From positions 22,886-86,885 of IMG/VR virus record IMGVR_UViG_3300032309_002930: 64,000 bases of DNA, one strand, 5' to 3'. How positions within the stretch are numbered: position 1 is the stretch's first letter; the number at the start of each line of letters is the position of its first letter. The position numbers were made by a program, and so were the translations under genes. Of this stretch, positions 8,479-18,802 are shown piece by piece. The notes beneath the pieces were generated by a model. That model was not told where the DNA came from, did not search any database, and worked only from the letters and a program-made list of their open reading frames with translations. The DNA is from a virus.

Positions 8479-9780
8479 ATGCAAGATTTAAATTCAATTC
8501 TTTCTTCTTTAGAAGATTATTTAAAGAACAATAAACCCAAATATCTTTACAATAAATCATTTATTCCTGGAAAAAGCACTGTATTATACTCTGGACCATA
8601 CTGGGATGAAAAAGAAATTATGGCTGCAATCAGTACTTTCGTCACAGGAAAATGGGTTGTAGCTGGAGAGAATGTTCATAAGTTTGAAAGTGAATTTGCA
8701 AAAATGTTTGGAGTTAAGTACGCGCAGATGGTTAATTCTGGAAGTTCTGCAAATTTAGTTATGGTTGCATCGCTTAAAAAACATTTCAATTGGGAAGATA
8801 ATTCAGAAATAATAGTTTCCCCAGTAGGTTTTCCAACCACAATTTCTACTATTATCCAAAATAATTTAAAACCAGTATTTGTAGATATAGAATACAAAAC
8901 ATTAAATTTTGATATTTCTAAAATAAAAGAAAAAATTACAGACAAAACTAGAGCTATTTTTGTATCACCAGTTCTCGCAAATCCACCAGATATGGATGAA
9001 TTAACTATATTATGTAATGAACATAATATTAAATTAATTGGTGATAGTTGTGATAGCATTGGTTCAAAATGGGATGGAAAAGATTTGAGTAGCTATTACA
9101 CTGCTTGGTCATGTTCATTTTATCCTGCCCATCATATCTCGACTGGAGAAGGAGGTATGGTTTGTACCGATATATTAGAATTAAAAAAATTATTTACTAG
9201 TTTTTCTTGGTGGGGTCGCGATTGTTATTGTATTGGTTCGGCTAATTTACTAGCATGTGGAACATGTGGAAATCGTTTTGATAAATGGTTAGAATCATAC
9301 GACGGAACAATTGACCATAAATATGTTTTTACAAATATGGGATACAATCTTAAACCAATGGATTTGCAAGGCTCAATTGGGTTAGTTCAATTAACTCGAT
9401 TCAAAGAAATAGATAGAAAAAGAAAAGAAAGTAAATTAAGAATTGAGTCAATTCTTCTTAAATATGTATCTGGACTCAAAGGAGTTCAAACTCTAGAAAA
9501 AGCTGATACTTGTTGGTTTGGTACTCCATTTATTTGTGAAAATAAAACTTTAAAAAATAAATTGGTGACATTTTTAGAAGAAAATAAAATTCAAACTAGA
9601 AATTATTTTGCTGGAAATGTTTTAATGCATCCAGCGTATAAACATCTTGATGATTTAACTAAATATCCAAATGCAAATCAAGTTTTAGATAAAGTATTTT
9701 TTTTAGGAGCAGCTCCACATTATGATGAAAATGTTTTCAATTACGTAGAAAATATTTTTAAAGAAAAATGGATTAATTAA
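8479..9780 (+). CDS. rfbH: NDP-4-keto-6-deoxyhexose 3-dehydrase (RfbH/DdhC, E1-type)
   Basis: VNSGSSANL, SFYPAHHISTGEGG (His in place of the PLP Lys), WGRDCYC..CGTC Fe-S motif, GYNLKP, TRNYFAGN. Confidence 0.88.
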   Translation: MQDLNSILSSLEDYLKNNKPKYLYNKSFIPGKSTVLYSGPYWDEKEIMAAISTFVTGKWVVAGENVHKFESEFAKMFGVKYAQMVNSGSSANLVMVASLKKHFNWEDNSEIIVSPVGFPTTISTIIQNNLKPVFVDIEYKTLNFDISKIKEKITDKTRAIFVSPVLANPPDMDELTILCNEHNIKLIGDSCDSIGSKWDGKDLSSYYTAWSCSFYPAHHISTGEGGMVCTDILELKKLFTSFSWWGRDCYCIGSANLLACGTCGNRFDKWLESYDGTIDHKYVFTNMGYNLKPMDLQGSIGLVQLTRFKEIDRKRKESKLRIESILLKYVSGLKGVQTLEKADTCWFGTPFICENKTLKNKLVTFLEENKIQTRNYFAGNVLMHPAYKHLDDLTKYPNANQVLDKVFFLGAAPHYDENVFNYVENIFKEKWIN

Positions 9781-9781
9781 A

Positions 9782-10315
9782 ATGAATATTATTAAAACTC
9801 CATTAGATGGATTGTTTGTTATTGAACCAAAAATTTTTGAAGATGTCAGGGGTTATTTTTTTGAATCTTATAATGCAAATGATTTTAAAAAATATGGTAT
9901 ACATACAAATTTTGTTCAAGAGAACCAGTCTAATTCATCCAAAGGTGTTTTAAGAGGTTTACATTTTCAATTTCCTCCATATGCTCAAGCTAAATTAGTT
10001 AAAGCAGTTACTGGATCTGTTTTAGACGTAGCTGTAGACATAAGAAAAGATTCAAAAACATATGGAAAATACCATTCAGTTGTTTTGACTGGAAAAAATA
10101 AAAAAATGCTCTATATTCCAGAAGGATTCGCTCATGGTTTTTTAGCCTTAGAAGATGACACGACAATTCAATACAAGTGCTCAAATTTTTATAACAAAGA
10201 GTGCGATGCTAGTATCATTTGGAATGATTCAACTATTAATATTGATTGGGGTATAGATTATGAACCAATTATTTCTGAAAAAGATAAATTAGGAATGAAA
10301 TTAGCTAATTTTTAA
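9782..10315 (+). CDS. rmlC: dTDP-4-dehydrorhamnose 3,5-epimerase
   Basis: DVRGYFFESY, FVQENQS, GVLRGLHFQ, DVAVDIR, GFAHGF, SEKD. Confidence 0.95.
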   Translation: MNIIKTPLDGLFVIEPKIFEDVRGYFFESYNANDFKKYGIHTNFVQENQSNSSKGVLRGLHFQFPPYAQAKLVKAVTGSVLDVAVDIRKDSKTYGKYHSVVLTGKNKKMLYIPEGFAHGFLALEDDTTIQYKCSNFYNKECDASIIWNDSTINIDWGIDYEPIISEKDKLGMKLANF

Positions 10316-10328
10316 TCATTATTTTAAT

Positions 10329-11012
10329 ATGAAAAAAATACTTGTTCTTGGGGATGGATTGCTAGGCAAAGAAATAGTCAAACAGACTGGATGGCAATAT
10401 GTATCCAGAAGATGTAAGAATTTTGATATAAACAGAATTGAAGAGTCTTTAAAAGATTTTGATATTAATATTATTGTTAACTGTATTGCAAATACGCAAA
10501 CTTATTCCAAAGAAAAAGAATCTCATTGGGATGTCAATTGTAAATTTTTATCTAATCTAATTAATTACTGTAATCAAAAATCTATTAAATTAGTTCATAT
10601 ATCAACAGATGCTGTATATTTTAATTCTGTAAATAACGCTTCAGAAGAGGATATTCCAATACATGGTAATAATTGGTATGGATATACAAAATTAATTGGA
10701 GATGCGCTAGTGCAACTACAATGTAATAATTATTTATTAATTAGATGCCAACATAAACCAACTCCATTTCCATACGAAGCAGCTTGGATGAATCAAATAG
10801 GTAATTTTGATTATGTAGATATAATATCTAATTTAATATGCAAATTAATTAATAGCGAACAATCTGGATTATTTAATTTAGGAACCCAAATAAAAACAAT
10901 GCATGAATTAGCAAAATCAACCAATCCCTTAGTAAACAAATCGTTCACTCCACCTTATGTACCATCTAATACAAGCATGAATATTGATAAACTAAAAAAT
11001 ATTATAAAATAA
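10329..11012 (+). CDS. RmlD-like NDP-sugar reductase (short)
   Basis: LVLGDGLLG, HISTDAVY, YGYTK. Confidence 0.8.
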   Translation: MKKILVLGDGLLGKEIVKQTGWQYVSRRCKNFDINRIEESLKDFDINIIVNCIANTQTYSKEKESHWDVNCKFLSNLINYCNQKSIKLVHISTDAVYFNSVNNASEEDIPIHGNNWYGYTKLIGDALVQLQCNNYLLIRCQHKPTPFPYEAAWMNQIGNFDYVDIISNLICKLINSEQSGLFNLGTQIKTMHELAKSTNPLVNKSFTPPYVPSNTSMNIDKLKNIIK

Positions 11013-11728
11013 TGCAAACTCAAACTATTTCTCCTTTTTTCTCTATTGCAATCCCAGCTTATGGATACAATGGTAAAGGTGTAGAATTTTTACAATATAA
11101 TTTAGATATACTTATAAAACAAAAATTTAAAAATTTTGAAGTTATTATAGCTGATCATAGCTCAGATGATACAATTAAAGAAGTTTTTAATCAATACGAA
11201 TTTAAGCAAAATTTATCAATTTATTATCACAGAACTAATTATGGACACGGATTCACTGCGCCTAATTTAAATAACGCCATAAGAAATTCTAATGGGAAAT
11301 GGATTAAAGTATTATTTCAAGATGATTTTTTATTTGACGAAAATTCTCTTCAATTTCAATATGAAAAATTAAAATCTAATTCAAACATAAAATGGTTAAT
11401 TACAACATTTTGCCATAGCAATGATGGAATTAATTTTTATAAATTATACAAACCATTTTTAAGTCCAAATATTTGGTCTGGAGCAAATACTCTAGGAAAT
11501 CTTAGCAACTTAACTTTTGTAAACAATGACGTAATTTATTGTGACGAACAATTAAATTGGTTAATTGATTGTGATTACTATTATAAATTATTTTTAAAGT
11601 ATGGAGAGCCAGAGATATTAAATGAAATAACGGTAGTCAATAGAACTCATGGAAATGGATTATCAAACACTATTTCCACAGATCTAAAAATGCGAGAATT
11701 TGAAATGTTAAAAAAACGATATGCTTAA
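11012..11728 (+). CDS. GT2 glycosyltransferase
   Basis: SIAIPAY, IADHSSDD, NLNNAI, LFQDD, LIDCDYY. Confidence 0.85.
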   Translation: MQTQTISPFFSIAIPAYGYNGKGVEFLQYNLDILIKQKFKNFEVIIADHSSDDTIKEVFNQYEFKQNLSIYYHRTNYGHGFTAPNLNNAIRNSNGKWIKVLFQDDFLFDENSLQFQYEKLKSNSNIKWLITTFCHSNDGINFYKLYKPFLSPNIWSGANTLGNLSNLTFVNNDVIYCDEQLNWLIDCDYYYKLFLKYGEPEILNEITVVNRTHGNGLSNTISTDLKMREFEMLKKRYA

Positions 11729-12380
11729 TTTAGATAATATAACACTAGTAGCTTTAACTTCTGTAAAATTAGAAAATACAGTAAAAGCTTTAATGCATAG
11801 TTGTAAAGATATTAATTTTAATTCTATAAAATTAATTTCACATGAAATTCCAAAAAATTTACCATCTAAAATACAACATGAATTTTGTTCAAAAATGTCA
11901 AATATTGATGAATGGAATTATGCTGCAATTTATGAATTGCCAAAATACATAAATACAAAGTTTTGTATATTGATTCATGATGATGGGTTTATTGTAAATC
12001 CAGATTCTTGGAGATCAGAATTTTTAGAATACGATTACATTGGTGCTCCATGGCCATTACCAAAAGATGATTTTTCATTCAAAACAATAGACGGTGAAAT
12101 TATTCGAGTAGGAAATAGCGTTTCTCTAAGAAGTAAAAAGCTATTAGATTTACCAATTAAATTAAATATGAAATGGGAGTCTTTTCATGGATATTATAAT
12201 GAAGATGGTTATATTTGTGTTAATAATAGACATATATATAAAGAACATGGATGTAAATTTGCAGATATAAATGTAGCAAAATATTTTTCACATGAGACAA
12301 TGATACCAGAAATTGAGGGGATAAAACCATTTGCTTTCCATAGGCATAATGGAACAAATTCAATTTATCCAAAATTTTAA
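11721..12380 (+). CDS. DUF5672-like GT-A-type protein
   Basis: IHDDGFIVN, FLEYDYIGAPW, VGNSVSLRSKK, NEDGY, PFAFH. Confidence 0.75.
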   Translation: MLNLDNITLVALTSVKLENTVKALMHSCKDINFNSIKLISHEIPKNLPSKIQHEFCSKMSNIDEWNYAAIYELPKYINTKFCILIHDDGFIVNPDSWRSEFLEYDYIGAPWPLPKDDFSFKTIDGEIIRVGNSVSLRSKKLLDLPIKLNMKWESFHGYYNEDGYICVNNRHIYKEHGCKFADINVAKYFSHETMIPEIEGIKPFAFHRHNGTNSIYPKF

Positions 12381-12381
12381 A

Positions 12382-13044
12382 ATGACTAAAGAAATTATTG
12401 TTGCGGCATACGACAAACCATTAGACTGGATATCAAATATTAATAAAGATGTAAAAATAACAATATATCGCAAAGGAAATATTCTTAATTCTTCTTTTGA
12501 TGAAATTAAGATTGAACCTAATGTAGGAAGATGCGTTCATACATTTTTTAATCATATATATACAAATTACAATTCTCTCGCAGATTATACTTATTTTTGT
12601 CAGGATTTCCCATTCGATCATTGGGGAAATATAATAGATATTATAAATAATGATCCTAATTTTTTAAATAAAACAGCATCATTAAATATTGGTGGGTATT
12701 ATGGTTATCATAATAATTTCTTTGGATCAGCATGGAATATGTTAAATTCTAATCAATTTGGTACAGGTAAAGTTTTAACTTGTTTAAGTAATGGATATCC
12801 ACAAGATACAAATCCACAAATAGATGTTAATAAATATTGGGAAATTCTATTTGAAGGTTGTCCACCTCAAACTTATGAATTTATTCCTGGAGGACATTTT
12901 TGCATTACTAGCGAGCATGTTAAACTAAGACCTTTGTATTTTTATTCTAAAATTACTGACTTATTAGAAAAAAATCCAATAGCTCCATGGTTAATTGAAA
13001 GATTAGAATGCTATATATTCAACCCCAATTTTACAATTAAATAA
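12382..13044 (+). CDS. DUF3431-like putative glycosyltransferase
   Basis: IVAAY..LDW, PNVGR..HTFFNHI..NY, FCQDFPFDH, ERL; start placed at the ATG right after the upstream stop. Confidence 0.65.
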   Translation: MTKEIIVAAYDKPLDWISNINKDVKITIYRKGNILNSSFDEIKIEPNVGRCVHTFFNHIYTNYNSLADYTYFCQDFPFDHWGNIIDIINNDPNFLNKTASLNIGGYYGYHNNFFGSAWNMLNSNQFGTGKVLTCLSNGYPQDTNPQIDVNKYWEILFEGCPPQTYEFIPGGHFCITSEHVKLRPLYFYSKITDLLEKNPIAPWLIERLECYIFNPNFTIK

Positions 13045-13089
13045 TTATTTGATTTTAATATAAAAATAATTATAATATCTTAAGATAAA

Positions 13090-13902
13090 ATGATAACTAC
13101 AGAAATATATAATGGACAAGGCCCTGGAGATCAATTATGGGTTTATTTAACGACTAGATATATAGCTTATAAAAATGGTTATGATTTTGGCATAGGTCAT
13201 CCAGAAAGATGGAAATTAAAAAATTTGAATATTAATTTTGGATTACCAGTAGTTGGTGGAAGCAATGTTAAAGAAGGTGGACCATACATCTCTCTACCAG
13301 ATGGAATATCTAAATATTATAAAGAAAAACATACTTGGAATATGAATTTTGATGATTGTAATGTTAGCGATGTTGATTGGGATTCATTTAAAGTAGAAGA
13401 CTCTACAAAATTAGAAGGTTTATTTCATTATTCTTTTTTAATTAAAGAAAATGCAGAACTTTTTAAGGATTGGTTAGACTTTAATTCTATCATAGCTAGA
13501 AATCCAGTTGTACCTGGAAAAGTCATAGCTAATATTCGTGGTGGAGAATATAGGGGCGTTAGCGATTTAATTTTACCAAAAAGATATTGGGATATGGCTC
13601 TAGATCGTTTAGGAAATCCTCCAGTAGAAATAGTTACTGATGATCCTATTTATGCATTAACCTTAATACCTAGTGCAAAAATATTCGAAGGCAATATGAT
13701 TGATCATTTTGAAAGATTATTTACTGCTGATAAACTAATATTATCTAATTCAGCTTTTGGTTTTTTTCCAGCAGCTTTAGGAAAAGCGTCAGAAGTTATT
13801 GCTCCAAAATACTGGAGTAGATGGAATGTATCTGATGGTTTTTGGGCCATGGAATGCGACAGATATGATGGATTTACATATATTGACAGAGACGGAAAAT
13901 AA
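13090..13902 (+). CDS. Divergent GT11-like fucosyltransferase
   Basis: GQGPGDQLW, NIRGGEY, VTDD, ILSNSAFGFFPAAL, VIAPKYW. Confidence 0.75.
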   Translation: MITTEIYNGQGPGDQLWVYLTTRYIAYKNGYDFGIGHPERWKLKNLNINFGLPVVGGSNVKEGGPYISLPDGISKYYKEKHTWNMNFDDCNVSDVDWDSFKVEDSTKLEGLFHYSFLIKENAELFKDWLDFNSIIARNPVVPGKVIANIRGGEYRGVSDLILPKRYWDMALDRLGNPPVEIVTDDPIYALTLIPSAKIFEGNMIDHFERLFTADKLILSNSAFGFFPAALGKASEVIAPKYWSRWNVSDGFWAMECDRYDGFTYIDRDGK

Positions 13903-13908
13903 CAGCTA

Positions 13909-14727
13909 ATGAATATGAAGAAAAAAATAGCATTAGTAACAATGGCAAAAGAAGAAGATCTATATTTACAAGAATGGATTGATTATCATCTTAAATTAGG
14001 ATTTGATGCAATTTATATATATCAAAATAACTGGAGATTTAAAAATCAAATACCCAATGATAGAGTCCATTTTCTTGAATGGGATTTAGATTCATTGCCA
14101 CAAAGTAATCCTAACGCTCCATGGGAATGGAACAGGCATGCTATATGTTATAGTACATTTGGTAAAGATTATCATAATGAATACGAATGGGCTGCATTTT
14201 TTGATGTTGATTGTTTTTTAGATCTTAAAAAGACAGATAATGTAAAATCATTTATATCGGAATATGATAATATTAAAGAAAGCCATCTAGTAATTGATTT
14301 TGCAATTTTTGGAGATAATGGGCATTCTGATTTTAGCCTAGATAATACGAGCGTCTTAGAAAGATTTACAAAACGTTGGGGTAAACCTTATAATCATTCA
14401 TATTATGGATTTTTACCAATTTGTAAGCTACATTCAAACTTTGGAAAACATGCTATACATTTTATCGATGGAGAAGAATGGTCAGATGTGAATTTCGTTA
14501 TAGGTTCTGGTTTTGGATCAGTTTTAAATCATAATAGAATCATAACTTATGAAAAAGCTCAATTAAATCATTATTTTTGTAAGACATTACCAGAATGGAT
14601 GATGAAAATGCAAAAAACTAGAGCTGAAGGAGATTCTTTTAAAAACTCAATGGAGGCATTTCATCAACATAATTTTAATGATATTGAAGATGCGCATGCT
14701 TTAGATTTTTTTAAAAAAAATATCTAA
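13909..14727 (+). CDS. GT92/GT2-like glycosyltransferase
   Basis: MAKEEDLYLQEWIDYH..LGFD, FFDVD, QLNHYF. Confidence 0.75.
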   Translation: MNMKKKIALVTMAKEEDLYLQEWIDYHLKLGFDAIYIYQNNWRFKNQIPNDRVHFLEWDLDSLPQSNPNAPWEWNRHAICYSTFGKDYHNEYEWAAFFDVDCFLDLKKTDNVKSFISEYDNIKESHLVIDFAIFGDNGHSDFSLDNTSVLERFTKRWGKPYNHSYYGFLPICKLHSNFGKHAIHFIDGEEWSDVNFVIGSGFGSVLNHNRIITYEKAQLNHYFCKTLPEWMMKMQKTRAEGDSFKNSMEAFHQHNFNDIEDAHALDFFKKNI

Positions 14728-14736
14728 AATAAATTT

Positions 14737-15303
14737 ATGAAACCAATACACTTAAGAAATATACCGCCTCCAGGCGAAACATTCAATCATGTGGTTTTTT
14801 TAGATGGATTATTGCAATGGATTAAGCCAGAGCTTTATCTAGAATTAGGAGTTAGAGATGGTAGAAATTTTATTACAGCTGCAAAACATTGTACAAAAGC
14901 AATTGGTGTTGATATTTCTGCTCCGCCATTTCAATTACAGCCAAACATGGAATATCATGTTTTAACTACCGATGAATATTTTAAAAATTTAAATCCAGAG
15001 ATTAAATTTGACGTCGTGTTTATAGATGCTGATCATTCACACGAACAATCACTTATAGATTTTATGAATGTTAAGGATAAAGTAATTGAAGATGGTTTTA
15101 TATTTCTTCATGATACATATCCGTATGATCCAATTTTTTTTGATAAACATGCTTGTAATGATGTCTACAAAACAGCATTATATATAAAACAAAATTTAAT
15201 TGATGATTTTGAAATAGTAACTTTACCAATTAATCCTGGAGTTACAATCGTTAAAAAGATCAAAAGAAATAAACAACTCATCTATATTAATAATGAAAAA
15301 TGA
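14737..15303 (+). CDS. Class I SAM-dependent methyltransferase (Methyltransf_24-like, probably sugar O-methyltransferase)
   Basis: YLELGV..G, FDVVFIDADHS, GFIFLHD. Confidence 0.85.
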   Translation: MKPIHLRNIPPPGETFNHVVFLDGLLQWIKPELYLELGVRDGRNFITAAKHCTKAIGVDISAPPFQLQPNMEYHVLTTDEYFKNLNPEIKFDVVFIDADHSHEQSLIDFMNVKDKVIEDGFIFLHDTYPYDPIFFDKHACNDVYKTALYIKQNLIDDFEIVTLPINPGVTIVKKIKRNKQLIYINNEK

Positions 15304-16219
15304 AAAAATTTTTATAACAGGTGGAGCTGGATTTTTAGGTAAAAATTTAATAAAATTATTATATAACGAAAATGAAATAACTGTATATTCAAGAGACGAA
15401 TCTAAACATTATTTTTTAAAAAAACAATTTCCATCCGTAAATTTTATTATTGGAGACATAAGAAATAAAGACCTTTTAATTAGAAAATCTAAAAATCATA
15501 CAGTAGGAATATTTGCGGCTTCATTAAAACAAATAGAAGCTTGTGATGAAAATTACGAAGAAGCGGCTAAAATAATAATAGATGGAGCTTTTAATTCTAG
15601 ACTAGCTGCGGAAGAAAATAAATTTAAATCTGCATGCTTTATATCATCTGATAAAAGCAGAGCAGCTACAACTATTTATGGCGCCATGAAATATGTTGCT
15701 GGTGAAGGTTTTATATCTGGAAGTTCTAACGTTAAATTAACTACAGCGATTTATGGAAACGTTATGAACTCAACAGGATCTATTATACCATTAATTTGGA
15801 ATTTTATAAATAATAATAAATGTTTAACTTTGTATGGAGAAAATATGACTAGATTTTTACTGGATGTAGAAGACGCTATTAATTTAATACTTAAATCTAG
15901 CAAATATGAAAATTGTAGTTTAATTCCTACTGCTAATTCATTTAAAATACAAGATTTATTTGAAATATACTCTAAAGAGTTTAAATTAAAATATAAAATA
16001 TCTAAACCCAGAACAGGTGAAAAAATACACGAAATAATGTCATCAGCAGAAGAGATTAGAAGACTAGAATTTATACAAAATGATAATTTATATTTATTGC
16101 ATCCTAAAAAAGAAATCAATACAGTTTCATTTCAGAATGATGAATATTCTTCAAGAGATAGATGTTTAAGCAAAGACGAACTTTACGATTACTTAAAAAG
16201 TAAAAATTTTTATAAATGA
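15293..16219 (+). CDS. UDP-GlcNAc 4,6-dehydratase (FnlA/PseB/CapD-like)
   Basis: ITGGAGFLG, YSRDE, GDIR, AASLKQ, SSDK, YGAMK, YGNV..S.GSIIP, MTRF, GEKIHE. Confidence 0.88.
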   Translation: MKNEKIFITGGAGFLGKNLIKLLYNENEITVYSRDESKHYFLKKQFPSVNFIIGDIRNKDLLIRKSKNHTVGIFAASLKQIEACDENYEEAAKIIIDGAFNSRLAAEENKFKSACFISSDKSRAATTIYGAMKYVAGEGFISGSSNVKLTTAIYGNVMNSTGSIIPLIWNFINNNKCLTLYGENMTRFLLDVEDAINLILKSSKYENCSLIPTANSFKIQDLFEIYSKEFKLKYKISKPRTGEKIHEIMSSAEEIRRLEFIQNDNLYLLHPKKEINTVSFQNDEYSSRDRCLSKDELYDYLKSKNFYK

Positions 16220-17025
16220 AATTAATATTATTTGGTTCAAATGGTATGCTTGGAAACTATTTAAAATCTTATCTTTCGGATAAATATCATACTTTAGCTT
16301 TAACTAGAAAAGATATAGATTTAGCTCACGCTAGCGAATCTGAACTATTAATTTTTTTACAAAATAATGTAAAAAAAAATGATATTATTGTGAACGCGGC
16401 TGGAGTTATAAAACAAAGAGAATACGACGCAAAGGATATGATAATGGTTAACGCAATATTTCCTAATATATTAGCTAAATTTAAAGATGAAATTGGTTGT
16501 GAAATTATACATATAACAACTGATTGCGTTTATAGCGGAAACAAAGGATCATATGATGAATCTAGTTTACATGATTGTACAGATGACTATGGCAAAAGTA
16601 AGTCTTTGGGTGAAAATATAAAATTAACAAACATTAGAACTTCAATTATTGGCGAAGAAAAATTAAATAAAAAATCTTTACTAGAATGGCTCAGATCTAA
16701 TAAAAATAAAACAATAAATGGTTATGACAATCATTTATGGAATGGTATCACTTGTTTAGAATTATCTAAATTAGTTAATGATATAATTAAAACGAATTCT
16801 TATTGGCATGGTATAAGACATGTATTCTCACCAAATACTGTAAGTAAATACGAATTAACGAATATGATCAATGAAATTTATGATCTAAATATAAAAATTA
16901 ATAAAATAACGACAAATATAAATTGCTATAGGAATTTAAGTTCAAAATTTCCTAAATTAATAACAAAAATACTATACGAACAAATATTAGAATTAAAAAA
17001 TTATAGCGATTATAATATAATATGA
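16216..17025 (+). CDS. RmlD-family NDP-4-keto-sugar reductase
   Basis: GSNGMLG, VNAAGVIK, HITTDCVYSG, YGKSKSLGE, RTSIIG. Confidence 0.85.
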   Translation: MKLILFGSNGMLGNYLKSYLSDKYHTLALTRKDIDLAHASESELLIFLQNNVKKNDIIVNAAGVIKQREYDAKDMIMVNAIFPNILAKFKDEIGCEIIHITTDCVYSGNKGSYDESSLHDCTDDYGKSKSLGENIKLTNIRTSIIGEEKLNKKSLLEWLRSNKNKTINGYDNHLWNGITCLELSKLVNDIIKTNSYWHGIRHVFSPNTVSKYELTNMINEIYDLNIKINKITTNINCYRNLSSKFPKLITKILYEQILELKNYSDYNII

Positions 17026-17876
17026 GAAAATTATACGACTGTTTTAATTTTTTTAATGAGTTGGATATTCTTGAGTTAAGATTAAATATTTTATACGACG
17101 TAGTTGATTTTTTTATAATAGTTGAATCTGACTTAACTCATAGTGGACAAAAAAAACCTTTTTATTTTGAAGAAAATAAACATAGATTTTCTAAATTTTT
17201 GGATAAGATTATATCATATAAAATATATGACAATCCTTCTGATTTTGTAAATTTACCTAATACACAAGATGTGGAATTGCAAAAGATTTATGATTTTATG
17301 AAAATTACAAAAAAATTTAATCCATATTTTCAACCTGATTATGGTAGAGATTTTTTTCAAAAAGAAAGCGTCAGAAGAGCTTTGCAGAATTGCGATGAAA
17401 ATGATATAATTATTATTTCAGATGCTGATGAAATACCAGATCCTAAAGTACTTAAAGATATAGAAAAATTAGATCTAGATAATACCATATACTCTTTAAA
17501 TCAACCCATGTATTGTTTTTATTTAAATGTTTTAAAAGAAAACGAATGGTGTGGTTCAAAAATTGGTATTTATAAGAATATGAAAAAATATTCATTTAAT
17601 GAAATCCGAGGAGATCATTCTTTAAGTTCTATTATACCCAAAGCTGGTTGGCATTTTAGTTTTATGGGTGGAGAAGAAATGGTTAAAAATAAAATACTAT
17701 CTTATTCAGCCAGAGATATGGTAGATAACAATGTTTTATCATCAATTAAAAATAATATGATTAATAATATTGACCCATATTTTAGATCTACCCTCACTAA
17801 AGTAGATATTCAATCTACGCACCCAAAATATATTTTAGATAATATTGAAAAATATAAAGATATGATAAAACTATAA
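17022..17876 (+). CDS. GT17-like (beta-1,4-GlcNAc transferase family) glycosyltransferase
   Basis: YDCFNFFNELDILELRL, VES..THSG..KP, SDADEIP, GWHFSF. Confidence 0.85.
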   Translation: MRKLYDCFNFFNELDILELRLNILYDVVDFFIIVESDLTHSGQKKPFYFEENKHRFSKFLDKIISYKIYDNPSDFVNLPNTQDVELQKIYDFMKITKKFNPYFQPDYGRDFFQKESVRRALQNCDENDIIIISDADEIPDPKVLKDIEKLDLDNTIYSLNQPMYCFYLNVLKENEWCGSKIGIYKNMKKYSFNEIRGDHSLSSIIPKAGWHFSFMGGEEMVKNKILSYSARDMVDNNVLSSIKNNMINNIDPYFRSTLTKVDIQSTHPKYILDNIEKYKDMIKL

Positions 17877-17877
17877 A

Positions 17878-18780
17878 ATGTTAAATAAATACAAAGTAAT
17901 AATTTGGGGACATAAACTCCATTCGCACACCCATTCTTATATTCATAATGCTTACTACAAAGCTTTTAAATTTTTAGGATTTGAAACATATTGGCTTGAT
18001 AATAGTGATGATATATCCAATTTAAATTTTGATAATTGTATATTTTTTACAGAAGATCAAGTTCAACATAGCATACCATTAAACAAAAATTCATTCTATA
18101 TTTTGCATCATTGTAAACTAGATAAATATATTGATAATGGACTTAGATATATAAATTTATGCAATTATGTAAATGATTGTCAATTAGGCAAATCTTATAA
18201 TTATGAAAATTCAAATGTAGAAAAAATAAATTATTATACATATTACGATTCAGTAAATAAAGCTTTATATCAACCTTGGGCTACAGATTTATTTCCAGAA
18301 CAAATGGCTGATAATTTTGTAAAACTAAATAAAAGTTTAAATAATATATATTATATAGGTTCTATTTGGGAAGAAAATATAAAAGAAATTCAAGATTTTA
18401 ATAAAGCTTGTGTTGAAAATAACAAACAAATAGTTTCTATAAGAAACGTTGATGATGAAACAAATAAAAAATTAATAAATGAATCATACATATCTCCAGA
18501 TATAAGATGCAAAGGACATAGAGAAGTAGGATATATCCCATGTAGAATTTTTAAAAATTTAAGTTACGGACATATTCCAGCTACGAATTCTATTTATGTA
18601 AGAGATTTTTTTGGAATAAATTCTCTCCCATATGCATCAAACTGTTATGATTTATTTAAAGTTAATGAAAATTTTATTAATAGTGATGAAAATTTAGAAA
18701 ATTCAAAATTTCTCTTATCTGAAATAAAAAATAATCATACCTATATTACTAGAGTAAATTCTTTATTGAATTTTGTATAA
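17878..18780 (+). CDS. Putative GT-B (CgeB-like) glycosyltransferase
   Basis: HTHSYIH, PWATD, YIPCRIFKNLSYG, HTYITRV. Confidence 0.55.
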   Translation: MLNKYKVIIWGHKLHSHTHSYIHNAYYKAFKFLGFETYWLDNSDDISNLNFDNCIFFTEDQVQHSIPLNKNSFYILHHCKLDKYIDNGLRYINLCNYVNDCQLGKSYNYENSNVEKINYYTYYDSVNKALYQPWATDLFPEQMADNFVKLNKSLNNIYYIGSIWEENIKEIQDFNKACVENNKQIVSIRNVDDETNKKLINESYISPDIRCKGHREVGYIPCRIFKNLSYGHIPATNSIYVRDFFGINSLPYASNCYDLFKVNENFINSDENLENSKFLLSEIKNNHTYITRVNSLLNFV

Positions 18781-18794
18781 TAAAATCATACAAT
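18766..18794 (+). promoter_or_regulatory. Sigma70-type promoter upstream of gmd
   Basis: TTGAAT-N17-TACAAT, ATG at 18803. Confidence 0.5.
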
Positions 18795-18802
18795 CAATAG
18801 TT

